A DNA stretch of 32,000 nucleotides, from NCBI RefSeq assembly GCF_000341895.1, contig NC_020409.1:2040001-2072000 (forward strand), given 5' to 3'. A model generated the notes under the pieces. That model ran no database searches. It was not told the origin of the DNA and saw only the letters and a program-made list of their open reading frames with translations. Positions 1-8,529 of this stretch are shown here, one piece after another. Source of the stretch: Pseudodesulfovibrio piezophilus C1TLV30 (lineage in GTDB: Bacteria > Desulfobacterota > Desulfovibrionia > Desulfovibrionales > Desulfovibrionaceae). Position 1 is the stretch's first letter, and the number at the start of each line of letters is the position of its first letter. A program made the translations under genes and the position numbers.

Positions 1-87
1 AACCTCCGGTCAAGCAAGTCCAATTCAAATAGAACACCGCTGAATTGACAGGAAACACCCCCCGAGATCACGCTCCAAGGGAGCTTT

Positions 88-405
88 TTGTCCGATTCAT
101 GCTGCGATCAAGCCCATCAGGATACCATGGAAAACAGCCACAGGTTCTTCAACAACCGGGAATGTCAATATTTCCCATGCCATACAACGGAAAAGCCAAA
201 TGAATTCAACTGCCTGTTCTGCTTTTGCCCGCTCTATTTTCTCGAAGACTGTGGAGGTCGGTTTCGCCTGCTGGAATCCGGGGTGAAAGACTGCACCCCC
301 TGCCTGATCCCGCACATGCCCAAAGGATATGACTATATCCTAAAAAAGATACGGGGCAGGATCGACGGTCTTCGCAAGCAGAAGACTGACGAGGAAATGC
401 TTTAA
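88..405 (+). CDS. Cysteine-rich small-domain protein (PF04071-like, putative metal-binding)
   Basis: 105-aa ORF with a TTG start at 88, preceded by AAGGGAG at 76-82. An alternative ATG lies at 127. It has 10 Cys in a pattern (ECQYFPCH...FNCLFCFCPLY...DCTPC) typical of the uncharacterised cysteine-rich small domain family. Confidence 0.6.
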   Translation: MSDSCCDQAHQDTMENSHRFFNNRECQYFPCHTTEKPNEFNCLFCFCPLYFLEDCGGRFRLLESGVKDCTPCLIPHMPKGYDYILKKIRGRIDGLRKQKTDEEML

Positions 406-860
406 GCCGCCTTGTCCCTGTTGAACCGGGTACGGGCTATATAATATTCGAATTCACGGGTCAGACTTTTTTTCTCCTTTGCCAGCTTGTGGGCCTGTAT
501 CTCCAGTTCCAAATCCTTGCTCTGAAAACGAGCCAGTGAAATATAGGCGTTCTTGACGCGCGACAGCTCATTACCCTGATTTTTCTTCCAATAGAAATAG
601 GCTAGAATCTTTGCCGCACTCTTGATGTCATCCTTGGTATATGGAAGACGTCGCTCATCAAGAAGAGAGTGTTCGTTTTCATCGTCATTTTCAATGAGCG
701 GCAACACCTTGAGCATGACCTGTTTGGATCGCTCCAGAGACTCCGAGCTAATACGATACACCGTGTTGCTCCCACGGGATTGCATGTATTTGACGCAGTA
801 GAGGCCAGCAGTGAGCAAGGCCAGTCCTATCCAGATTTCCGAGTCCAGCATATCCAGCAT
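402..860 (-). CDS. Hypothetical membrane-anchored protein (one N-terminal TM helix)
   Basis: 152-aa ORF starting 6 nt downstream of the HD-GYP stop on the same strand. Hydrophobic segment IWIGLALLTAGLYCV, then a charged soluble part. I recognise no family. An alternative ATG lies at 851. Confidence 0.55.
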   Translation of the reverse strand: MLDMLDSEIWIGLALLTAGLYCVKYMQSRGSNTVYRISSESLERSKQVMLKVLPLIENDDENEHSLLDERRLPYTKDDIKSAAKILAYFYWKKNQGNELSRVKNAYISLARFQSKDLELEIQAHKLAKEKKSLTREFEYYIARTRFNRDKAA

Positions 861-866
861 GAGTTT

Positions 867-2075
867 CTATCTTCGCTTGCGCAGGAATGGTTTCAGGTTG
901 AGTCTGTAAGCTCCGGGGTCGACACACTCCACTATTTCCAATCCATCTTTCCCCGCATGCCATTGCGTTGCCAAATCCACGGTTTCCGACTGGATAGGCC
1001 GCAAATCCTTATCCAGGATGATTTTAACCTTGGGAAGCAGCGGGTGCATCGGATTGGACTCATACACAAGGGCATGGAATCCGGTATTGAGCCGAACCAG
1101 ACTGCCTGCGGGGAAAATCCCAAGACTCTTGATAAAGATCTGGACCTCCAGGGGATCAAAATCCTGCTCCCGCATACCATACATGAGCGCCAAGGCCCGG
1201 TTGGGCAGGATGGCATCCTTGTAGGCCCGATCACTTGTCAGGGCATCATACACATCGGCCAGACTGATGATGCGTCCCATAGGGGAGGTCTCATTGCTCT
1301 TCAGCCCATTGGGATAGCCGGACCCGTTATATTTCTCATGATGGTCCCGCACGGCGTCTATTATTTCACCGGGAATGGAGAGCTGCTTGCCAAGAATATC
1401 ACATCCGTATTGGGGATGGTGTCTGATCTGGTCAAACTCGGCCTCATTCAGTCTCGCCCGTTTGTTAATAATATTCTCGGGGACCGCTATTTTCCCGAGG
1501 TCGTGCATCATCCCGGCCACCCCAAGGAGCTGAAGCTGTTTTTTCCCCAGACCGAGAAATTCGCCAAAAACCACGGAAATGGCAGCAACATTGATACAAT
1601 GGGTATAGGTATAGTCATCATACCGCGACAGTTTGGAAAGACAGACGAGCGTGTTGGGATTACGGACAGCAGTTTCAACGATGGAATCAATGGTGGCCAT
1701 GGAGGCATCATAATCCACAGCGCGCCCGAGCTTGACATCGCTGACGATACGACGAACGTGCAGCATGGCATTTTCATACGCCATGAACGCCGCCTCTATT
1801 TCCTGCTCAAACGGAACCCGAAATTTGGCCGGACCAGCGTGGTCACACTGAGCCAGAATGGCATCCAGTCCCTTTTCCAAAGAAAGTTCTCCAGGGACTT
1901 CGACCTCGACAAAAGCGTGCTCAAAACCCCTTTCCTTGATCTGTCGAACCTCATCACCAGAGCGAATGATTCCCGGCTGAGTGTAGAGGTTCGGCATGTG
2001 CTCCCACACATCACTGGAGAGCTTGACGATAGACATGCCTGGCCTGAGGGCCTCGATAGGGAGCTTCTTGATCAT
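867..2075 (-). CDS. HD-GYP domain c-di-GMP phosphodiesterase
   Basis: 402-aa ORF with the HD motif (GMMHDLGK) and the HHEKYNGSGYP signature. The N-terminal roughly 150 aa is a non-catalytic module. Confidence 0.9.
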   Translation of the reverse strand: MIKKLPIEALRPGMSIVKLSSDVWEHMPNLYTQPGIIRSGDEVRQIKERGFEHAFVEVEVPGELSLEKGLDAILAQCDHAGPAKFRVPFEQEIEAAFMAYENAMLHVRRIVSDVKLGRAVDYDASMATIDSIVETAVRNPNTLVCLSKLSRYDDYTYTHCINVAAISVVFGEFLGLGKKQLQLLGVAGMMHDLGKIAVPENIINKRARLNEAEFDQIRHHPQYGCDILGKQLSIPGEIIDAVRDHHEKYNGSGYPNGLKSNETSPMGRIISLADVYDALTSDRAYKDAILPNRALALMYGMREQDFDPLEVQIFIKSLGIFPAGSLVRLNTGFHALVYESNPMHPLLPKVKIILDKDLRPIQSETVDLATQWHAGKDGLEIVECVDPGAYRLNLKPFLRKRR

Positions 2076-2098
2076 GGTGTGTCTTTCAATTCCTCAGG

Positions 2099-2791
2099 TC
2101 AGCCGGTGAGCCGTGCCCTCTTTTCAAGATATCCCCTGACCATTTCCATTTCGGCCTTGGTGATATCAAGGAACATGCACCCCAATGTCAGGATTCCCTT
2201 TTCATGAGAAAGATTCTTCACCCCCACGGCCACCTTAAGTTCCCCGAACTTGCCGAGGTCCATGGCCACGATGAGCGCGTCGTCAACCTGAGTCTGCGAG
2301 AGTCGATCGCGAGTCGCTGCCCTGGCCGAGATTCGACACCCGGTTTCAGAGACGTTGATCACCATACATTCGACTTCACTCTCAGTGGTGTGCAAAACAC
2401 CATCAATTGCGCAATTTTCTCTCGAGGTCCTGCGCAGGGGGAGCTTTTCGATAATTTCAGGATATTCGAAAAAGACCAGGGGAGTCGGTGAGGTAATGGT
2501 ATTGATCACCACGGCTTTAAACCCGTAGATAGTCCCATGGTGAACAAATTTGACCACAATCTCTCCGCCGAAACTAATATCCTGGCGTACGTTCGATGGG
2601 AGCCGCACCTTGGCAATGATAAAGTCATATGGATCAAGACCGACGATTTTCCCACGATAACTCTGCTCAATGCCAGGGATACGTATGATGACTTCCTTGC
2701 CGACTTTCACATCAAGCTGAACACCGGGTATCCGAGTTACCTTGGCATCTTCGGGAACGGAAGGAGTCGGCGGAGGCTGTTCTGATTGCAT
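2099..2791 (-). CDS. PilZ domain protein, YcgR-like (c-di-GMP receptor / flagellar-brake-type architecture)
   Basis: 230-aa ORF. The N-terminal YcgR-type beta-barrel region is followed by the PilZ motifs RRTSR (RxxxR) and NVSETG (D/NxSxxG). It lies 23 nt upstream of the HD-GYP gene on the same strand. Confidence 0.85.
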   Translation of the reverse strand: MQSEQPPPTPSVPEDAKVTRIPGVQLDVKVGKEVIIRIPGIEQSYRGKIVGLDPYDFIIAKVRLPSNVRQDISFGGEIVVKFVHHGTIYGFKAVVINTITSPTPLVFFEYPEIIEKLPLRRTSRENCAIDGVLHTTESEVECMVINVSETGCRISARAATRDRLSQTQVDDALIVAMDLGKFGELKVAVGVKNLSHEKGILTLGCMFLDITKAEMEMVRGYLEKRARLTG

Positions 2792-3010
2792 AGTGATACC
2801 AAAACGTTATTCATCGATTGTATTTTCAGGCACAGGGCTTTGAAAAGATTGCAACGGGTTAGGGCACAGAAAAACAATGCTCTGTTCCTCTGCTTTCCCA
2901 GCCTTTCCACTTTCACTCTATACAAAAAATCCCCCCTCTGTCGAATCACTGTTCTGTCTGCCCCTGAAAAAAGACGCTATGGACATCAGAGTCCCGCTAT
3001 AAGAATCGAT

Positions 3011-3568
3011 TCAAAAAACGACCGCCTGAAACCACAGGATCGTTGTTTCCGGGTCTTTCCATGCACTCCGCTCCAAGCCAGCCTTGACACAGGTCTGAGC
3101 AAGGAAAGTCTCCCGGCTCCAGTTCCATTCCACCGGGACCTGCGGCAGCAATAGACCGGACCGTCCTCCGCGAGACATGATCAGACCATGCCGCCCCACT
3201 TCCACCAATTCCGGGTCAGGGCAGATATCAAGCGGGCTGAGAATGGACACCTCATACGCAACGGTCTCAAATTCCTTTTCGCTCAATGGCGGGAAGCGTG
3301 GGTCCTCAAAGGCCGCGCTCCGAGCCATGTTCCAGACAGTGCGAAAAAGCTCTCCGCTCCCCCGGACATTCCCGATACATCCACGAAGATTTCGCCCGAT
3401 CTTGAGTGTGACAAACGCGCCGAGATGCTCTTTCATTTTTTCAGTGGGAGGCTCCGGCGGAGCCGATGGTCCTTTGGAAGCATCCAGACGGGAGGTGATG
3501 GATTGACCAACAAGTCCCCTGAGATAGTTTTTCTCTTCTTCTGTTAACCCGAACTGAAAATCAGACAT
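3011..3568 (-). CDS. AMMECR1 domain protein (AmmeMemoRadiSam system protein A family)
   Basis: 185-aa ORF with the conserved LRGCIG motif and typical AMMECR1 length. A strong AAGGAG sits 5 nt upstream of the ATG, inside the 3' end of the MFS gene. Confidence 0.85.
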   Translation of the reverse strand: MSDFQFGLTEEEKNYLRGLVGQSITSRLDASKGPSAPPEPPTEKMKEHLGAFVTLKIGRNLRGCIGNVRGSGELFRTVWNMARSAAFEDPRFPPLSEKEFETVAYEVSILSPLDICPDPELVEVGRHGLIMSRGGRSGLLLPQVPVEWNWSRETFLAQTCVKAGLERSAWKDPETTILWFQAVVF

Positions 3569-3570
3569 GA

Positions 3571-4863
3571 TTACTCCTTGTTTTCACGAACAGGGGGAAC
3601 AAGAAACATACCAACCAACCCCACTCCCAACAGCACGAGGATAGCGCTCATCCCACCTCGCTGGCTCCCGGATGCCACTGTCAGCCAGCCGACCAAAAGC
3701 GGGCCGAGAAATGATGTCACCTTGCCGGATAAAGCGAACAGACCAAACATTTCCCCCCGAATTTCCGCTGGGGCCACATGCGCCAGGTAGGATCGGCTCG
3801 ACGCCTGTACCGGTCCGACAAAAAAACCCATGACCAGCCCGAAGCCCCAGAACAGGGAAACACTTCGCACACTAAGTATGACAGCTGCACACCCCGTCAG
3901 GCACAGCAGGGATATCTGGATGGTCCGCCGGGGACCGAGACGGTCGTCCATCCAGGCGAACCCCGCAGCGCCAAGTCCGGCCGTGACATTGAGACCGACT
4001 CCGAACAGGATAATCTGGCTTGGCGTCATGCCGAATGTCCCGGCGGCATAAATGCCACCAAAAGCGAACATGGTGGTCAGCCCGTCATTGTAAAACAGAC
4101 GGGCAAGCAGAAAGATTCCGATATCACGGTATTTCCTGACCTCTTTCAAAGAGAGCCTGACTTGGGCGATGCCCTGTTTCACCGACTGCCCGAGCGGGAG
4201 AGCTGATCCGGCCGAGGAAGGAGGTGCATCAGGAGTCCACAAGAACAAAGGAAGACAAAAGATCAGATACCAACAGGCAGTGAGAGGCATCACGGCACGG
4301 ACATGCATGGCTTTTTCTCGCGAGACGGCAAACCACGCCCCAACTTCCACAAATCCATACAAGGCGATGAGAAGCAGGACCAAACCGCCCGCGTAGCCAA
4401 GCCCCCACCCCCAGCCGGACCAGCGTCCGATGGCCTTTGGTTCAGCCAAATCGGGCAACATGGCGTTATAAAAAATCATGGCATATTCAGAACCGAGCGT
4501 TCCCACACCGGCCAGCACAAGCGCGGGCCAGACAAATTCCGGAGACGGCTCAATACTCCACAGTGCTGCTGTAGCCAGAATACACATTCCCGTGAACAGC
4601 CCGAGCCAAGGCTTCCTCCTGCCACTCCTGTCTGCCACGGCACCCAGAAGAGGGCCGCCCAAGGCGATACACACTCCAGTGATCCCCATCATGGAGCCCC
4701 ACTGTGCCGTCCCCACGGTCTCGTTCTCTGCAACTGCACGAGCAAAATAAGCAGCAAAAACAAAGGTCTGAACCAGAGCGGCAAAGCTGGAGTTGGCCCA
4801 GTCATAAAACGCCCAGGACCAGAGTGCACATCGATCGGTCCGAGGAGTCATGACAGGGGGCAT
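3571..4863 (-). CDS. MFS transporter, UMF1 / Atg22-like family
   Basis: Polytopic membrane ORF (about 12 hydrophobic segments) with the N-terminal WSWAFYDWANSSF motif typical of UMF1 proteins. The track ORF starts with GTG at 4899, inside cbiA. The ATG at 4863 (5 nt after the cbiA stop) or at 4851 is more plausible. Confidence 0.8.
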   Translation of the reverse strand: MPPVMTPRTDRCALWSWAFYDWANSSFAALVQTFVFAAYFARAVAENETVGTAQWGSMMGITGVCIALGGPLLGAVADRSGRRKPWLGLFTGMCILATAALWSIEPSPEFVWPALVLAGVGTLGSEYAMIFYNAMLPDLAEPKAIGRWSGWGWGLGYAGGLVLLLIALYGFVEVGAWFAVSREKAMHVRAVMPLTACWYLIFCLPLFLWTPDAPPSSAGSALPLGQSVKQGIAQVRLSLKEVRKYRDIGIFLLARLFYNDGLTTMFAFGGIYAAGTFGMTPSQIILFGVGLNVTAGLGAAGFAWMDDRLGPRRTIQISLLCLTGCAAVILSVRSVSLFWGFGLVMGFFVGPVQASSRSYLAHVAPAEIRGEMFGLFALSGKVTSFLGPLLVGWLTVASGSQRGGMSAILVLLGVGLVGMFLVPPVRENKE

Positions 4864-4868
4864 GGCGA

Positions 4869-6272
4869 TCAGTCCATATCCACGGAAGCGTCTCTGCACG
4901 CCTCCACAAACGCCTTGGCTGCTTCAGGGTAACTGGCAAAGTGCAGGTGAATATACGAGCCGAGCGTGTTGCCTTGCAGGAATCCTTCCGGGGTATGAAT
5001 CATCCCTTTCCTGCCCGACATCGCATAGGCGGTGGGCAGGCTCGAAAGCGGCACGGCTTCGTCTTCCTGAATGGATGAATAATGAAATTCGTGCCCTCGT
5101 ACGGTGGCCCCGGCAGGGCCTAGAAGTGTCTTTGTACCTGTGGAAACTTCCCTGTATCCGAGCGCCCGGAACCGTTCTCCCATTTCAGCCCGGAACGGGA
5201 AAACCCCGGACATGGCGTACCGTCCCCGCCCGGTGACAATATCATTCATGAGGTACATGAAGCCGCCACACTCGGCATAGACAGGACGGCCCGAGTCACA
5301 AAAATCCTTTATCTCGCGACGCAACCGGGTATTCTGTCCCAATTCGAAAGCATACAGTTCCGGATAACCACCTCCCAAAAACAACCCATCGAGTTTATCC
5401 GGCAGACGATGATCATGAATAGGCGAAAATTCCACCAGCCGCGCCCCGGCTTCACGCAATAATCTGAGGTTCTCTTCATAGTAAAAACAGAAGGCAGCAT
5501 CGCGTGCCACACCGATGGTCACAGTTCCCATCTGCGGGACAAGCTCGAAAGGGGCCACGGCTTCTCTGTCTGGCAACACCTCAAGAAGTCGGTCGATATC
5601 GACACCACTCTCTACCCAATCAGCCAACCGTTGGTACCGCCCCATATCCGGGCCGGACTCTTCAGGCATAATCAACCCGAGGTGCCGGGACGGCGTCGCA
5701 ATATCTTCATTCCGATCCAGACAGCCCAAAACAGGGATATCCGGCAGCAGCGTCATGGCTTCGCGGAGCAATTCGGCGTGATTGGCACTCCCCACCCGGT
5801 TGAAAATGACCCCGGCCAGGTCCACATCCTCGTCAAAGTTGGCATACCCTGAAACCAGCGCAGCCGCAGATCGCGCCATGGAACGGGCATCAACCACCAG
5901 TATGACCGGCAAGCCAAGTATCTTGGCCATTTGCCCGGTCGATCCCTGATCTCCGGTGCCGGAGATACCATCAAAGAGTCCCATGACCCCTTCCACCACA
6001 GCGACATCGCTCAAGGCGGCATGACGATTGAAAATATCAAGATTCGTGGATTCGTCGAGCATCCAGCCGTCAAGATTGTGGCTTGGAATCGGTTTTTTCT
6101 CGCGGGCACACGCCAAGGCATGATGCCCCGGATCAATGAAATCCGGTCCGCATTTGAAAGGCTGCACCGCCAGTCCTCGACGAGACAACGATCCCATCAA
6201 ACCAAGAGACACAGATGTCTTGCCGCAGCCGCTATGCGTTCCTGCGACAACGAACCCCTTGATGGCGCTCAT
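4869..6272 (-). CDS. cbiA: Cobyrinate a,c-diamide synthase
   Basis: 467-aa ORF. N-terminal P-loop GTHSGCGKTS, and a C-terminal glutamine amidotransferase region with the nucleophile motif AECGGFMYL. This architecture is typical of CbiA/CobB. Confidence 0.9.
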   Translation of the reverse strand: MSAIKGFVVAGTHSGCGKTSVSLGLMGSLSRRGLAVQPFKCGPDFIDPGHHALACAREKKPIPSHNLDGWMLDESTNLDIFNRHAALSDVAVVEGVMGLFDGISGTGDQGSTGQMAKILGLPVILVVDARSMARSAAALVSGYANFDEDVDLAGVIFNRVGSANHAELLREAMTLLPDIPVLGCLDRNEDIATPSRHLGLIMPEESGPDMGRYQRLADWVESGVDIDRLLEVLPDREAVAPFELVPQMGTVTIGVARDAAFCFYYEENLRLLREAGARLVEFSPIHDHRLPDKLDGLFLGGGYPELYAFELGQNTRLRREIKDFCDSGRPVYAECGGFMYLMNDIVTGRGRYAMSGVFPFRAEMGERFRALGYREVSTGTKTLLGPAGATVRGHEFHYSSIQEDEAVPLSSLPTAYAMSGRKGMIHTPEGFLQGNTLGSYIHLHFASYPEAAKAFVEACRDASVDMD

Positions 6273-6298
6273 AGATTCTTCCTTTGTGCCAGGGGAGC

Positions 6299-7039
6299 TT
6301 AGACAAGCCCTTTTTTCGTCAGGTAGTTGAGCATTTTCCTGCCTTCCTCATGCTCCGGGGCCAATTTGAGACAACGGGCCACGGCCTGACCACATTTGCC
6401 CCAATCTTCCCGATCGAACTGCACCCGCGCCATATTGTACCAAAGATTCTCATCGTCATCCGACAACTCCAGCGCACGCTTGTAGTAGTCGACAGCCTGT
6501 CCTGTGAGTTTCTTTTTTCGCAGGGCTATCCCGTATTCATTGAAGAGATGTTTGTGTTCGTCCTCAAAAGCGGTTTCAAGCTTGATAATCCGATCGAAAA
6601 CCTTCTTGGCTTTCTCTTCTTCATCCCGCTCCAGCAGGCACAGGCCAATACCAAAATTGGCTCGAACGTTTTGCTCATCGAGATTGAGGGCATTCGCATA
6701 CTCGTATTCGGCAGTGAAGCTCTCGCCCCGTTTACGAAACTTGTCACCACGGGCCACGGATTTCTGCACCTTGCGCAGGTTTCCCATGACCTCTTTGTAC
6801 ATCTGAGGCAAAGGTAGATAATCTGCGAGCAGTTCTTCCTTGGAAATCTGCGTCTTGGGGCCAAAAGGAACATTTTTATTGTTTAACCCCTGCAACTCCA
6901 CGACAGTCGGGTCCACCTGTAACGCATAATATGTGGCGGTCTGTTTGACACGCCGGGCTGTCGTCCCTGTCCCGATCTTGGCCATACGTTCGATGGAAAA
7001 GACTCCTTCGATCAGCCCTTCCGAATTTATTGTATTCAT
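6299..7039 (-). CDS. Tetratricopeptide-repeat protein
   Basis: 246-aa ORF. The C-terminal 130 aa shows TPR-like helical repeats (AEYEYANALNLD..., NEYGIALRKKKLTGQAVDYYKRALEL, NLWYNMARVQF...). The N-terminal roughly 100 aa is unassigned. It lies 26 nt upstream of cbiA. Confidence 0.7.
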   Translation of the reverse strand: MNTINSEGLIEGVFSIERMAKIGTGTTARRVKQTATYYALQVDPTVVELQGLNNKNVPFGPKTQISKEELLADYLPLPQMYKEVMGNLRKVQKSVARGDKFRKRGESFTAEYEYANALNLDEQNVRANFGIGLCLLERDEEEKAKKVFDRIIKLETAFEDEHKHLFNEYGIALRKKKLTGQAVDYYKRALELSDDDENLWYNMARVQFDREDWGKCGQAVARCLKLAPEHEEGRKMLNYLTKKGLV

Positions 7040-7142
7040 AATTTCACATAGTCTACCGGTTAAAACCTCGAGTTCCTTGAAACATCCAGGCCAAGACTAC
7101 ACCGCTTTCCCCTTGTTGAGAAGCATCCAATCATGGTTGTGC

Positions 7143-8492
7143 TCACTTGCTCATCCCGGCCGGGACCGGCAGGGAACGAAGGACCAGATATCCCATAACC
7201 CCCGCCAAAGTCGATGCACCGAGAATGGCGGTCTTGGCGGAATTGAGCAAAGCCGGATTGCCTTCGAATGCCAGAGCCGCGATGAAAAGGGACATGGTAA
7301 AACCAATTCCTCCAAGCAACCCTGCACCGATAAAATGCCTGACACTCATACCGCCGGGCCAGCCACCGGAAAGCTTGACGATCCCCCAGGCTGACAGGAC
7401 AATGCCAAGAGGCTTGCCCAAGACCAGTCCTAAAGCTGTCCCCACAGTGACCGGGCTGGTCATCAACTGCCCGAAATCGCCCCCCAGGATGACACCCGCA
7501 TTGGCCAGGGCAAAAACCGGCATGATGAAATAATCAACCATGGGATGCAGAGCGTGCTCCAAACGCTGAAGCGGCGTCTGTGCGCGCACGGTCATATACT
7601 GCATGGAAAGCAGTGCCGAGTGCATGGTCGAGTTGGTCAGGACAGAGGTTCCGGGCCGTACCGACGACTTATACTGATCGAGAATACGATTTGCATTGAA
7701 GAGAAATCCTTCGGAGTCACACCGTGTCCTGGCCGGAATGACAAAGGCCATCAACACACCGGCCACAGTCGAATGCACACCGGACTTGAGCACCGCCAGC
7801 CAGACCAGACAGCCGAGCGCCGCATAGAATCCCGGTGCCCTGATTCCCATCCGGTTGCCCACATAGGCCACAGCGAGCAACACGGCCGCAGCCGCAAGCA
7901 TCCAGGCGGAAATGTGCGACGTATAGAACAGGGCGATAACCAAGACAGCCCCGATGTCATCGACAATGGCGACGGCGGTCAGAAATATCTTGAGTTGATA
8001 AGGGACCCTGTCCCCGAGCAGTGCGAGAATACCCAAGGCAAAAGCGATATCCGTGGCCATGGGGACACCCCAGCCATGAATGGATTCGTGCCCGATATTG
8101 ATGACACTGTAGATAACGGCCGGGATAACCATGCCGCCGAAAGCCGCCACGATGGGCAGAACGGCCTGACTGCGCGAGGACAACTCACCGACCATGAATT
8201 CCCGCTTGATTTCCAGCCCCACGACAAAAAAGAAAACAGCCATAAGGCCATCATTGACCCAAAGCAGCAATGGCTTTGACAGCAGGAACTGCCCATATCC
8301 CACGGTAAATTTGGTTTCCCACAGGGCGACATAGGATGCCGCCCAGGGCGAATTTGCCCATATGAGCGCGATCATTGCGCTGATAATGAGAATAATGCCA
8401 CCAGTGGATTTGGACTGGAAGAATTCCTGAAACGGCATAAGAACCTGTTCGATCGGCTCAAGCCCACACGTCATCACACTTTTAATGGACAT
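7143..8492 (-). CDS. nhaA: Na+/H+ antiporter NhaA
   Basis: Polytopic ORF with the NhaA hallmarks (FFFVVGLEIKRE, AIVDDIGAV). The track ORF starts with TTG at 8522. The ATG at 8492 is preceded by GGAG with a 5-nt spacer, so I prefer it. Confidence 0.9.
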   Translation of the reverse strand: MSIKSVMTCGLEPIEQVLMPFQEFFQSKSTGGIILIISAMIALIWANSPWAASYVALWETKFTVGYGQFLLSKPLLLWVNDGLMAVFFFVVGLEIKREFMVGELSSRSQAVLPIVAAFGGMVIPAVIYSVINIGHESIHGWGVPMATDIAFALGILALLGDRVPYQLKIFLTAVAIVDDIGAVLVIALFYTSHISAWMLAAAAVLLAVAYVGNRMGIRAPGFYAALGCLVWLAVLKSGVHSTVAGVLMAFVIPARTRCDSEGFLFNANRILDQYKSSVRPGTSVLTNSTMHSALLSMQYMTVRAQTPLQRLEHALHPMVDYFIMPVFALANAGVILGGDFGQLMTSPVTVGTALGLVLGKPLGIVLSAWGIVKLSGGWPGGMSVRHFIGAGLLGGIGFTMSLFIAALAFEGNPALLNSAKTAILGASTLAGVMGYLVLRSLPVPAGMSK

Positions 8493-8529
8493 AGAATCTC
8501 CGCTAGCTAGGCGTAATGCCAAGGTTTTT

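Noticed and set aside
669-2207. 512-aa plus-strand ORF, the longest ORF in this part of the window
   Set aside because: It runs fully antisense to the HD-GYP gene, whose product has unmistakable catalytic motifs. Its own translation has no recognisable motifs. It is a shadow ORF.
7040-7142. Possible cobalamin riboswitch upstream of the TPR-cbiA genes
   Set aside because: The gap is only about 100 nt, too short for a cobalamin riboswitch. The AGTCTTGGCCTGG segment on the minus strand does not match the B12-box consensus.
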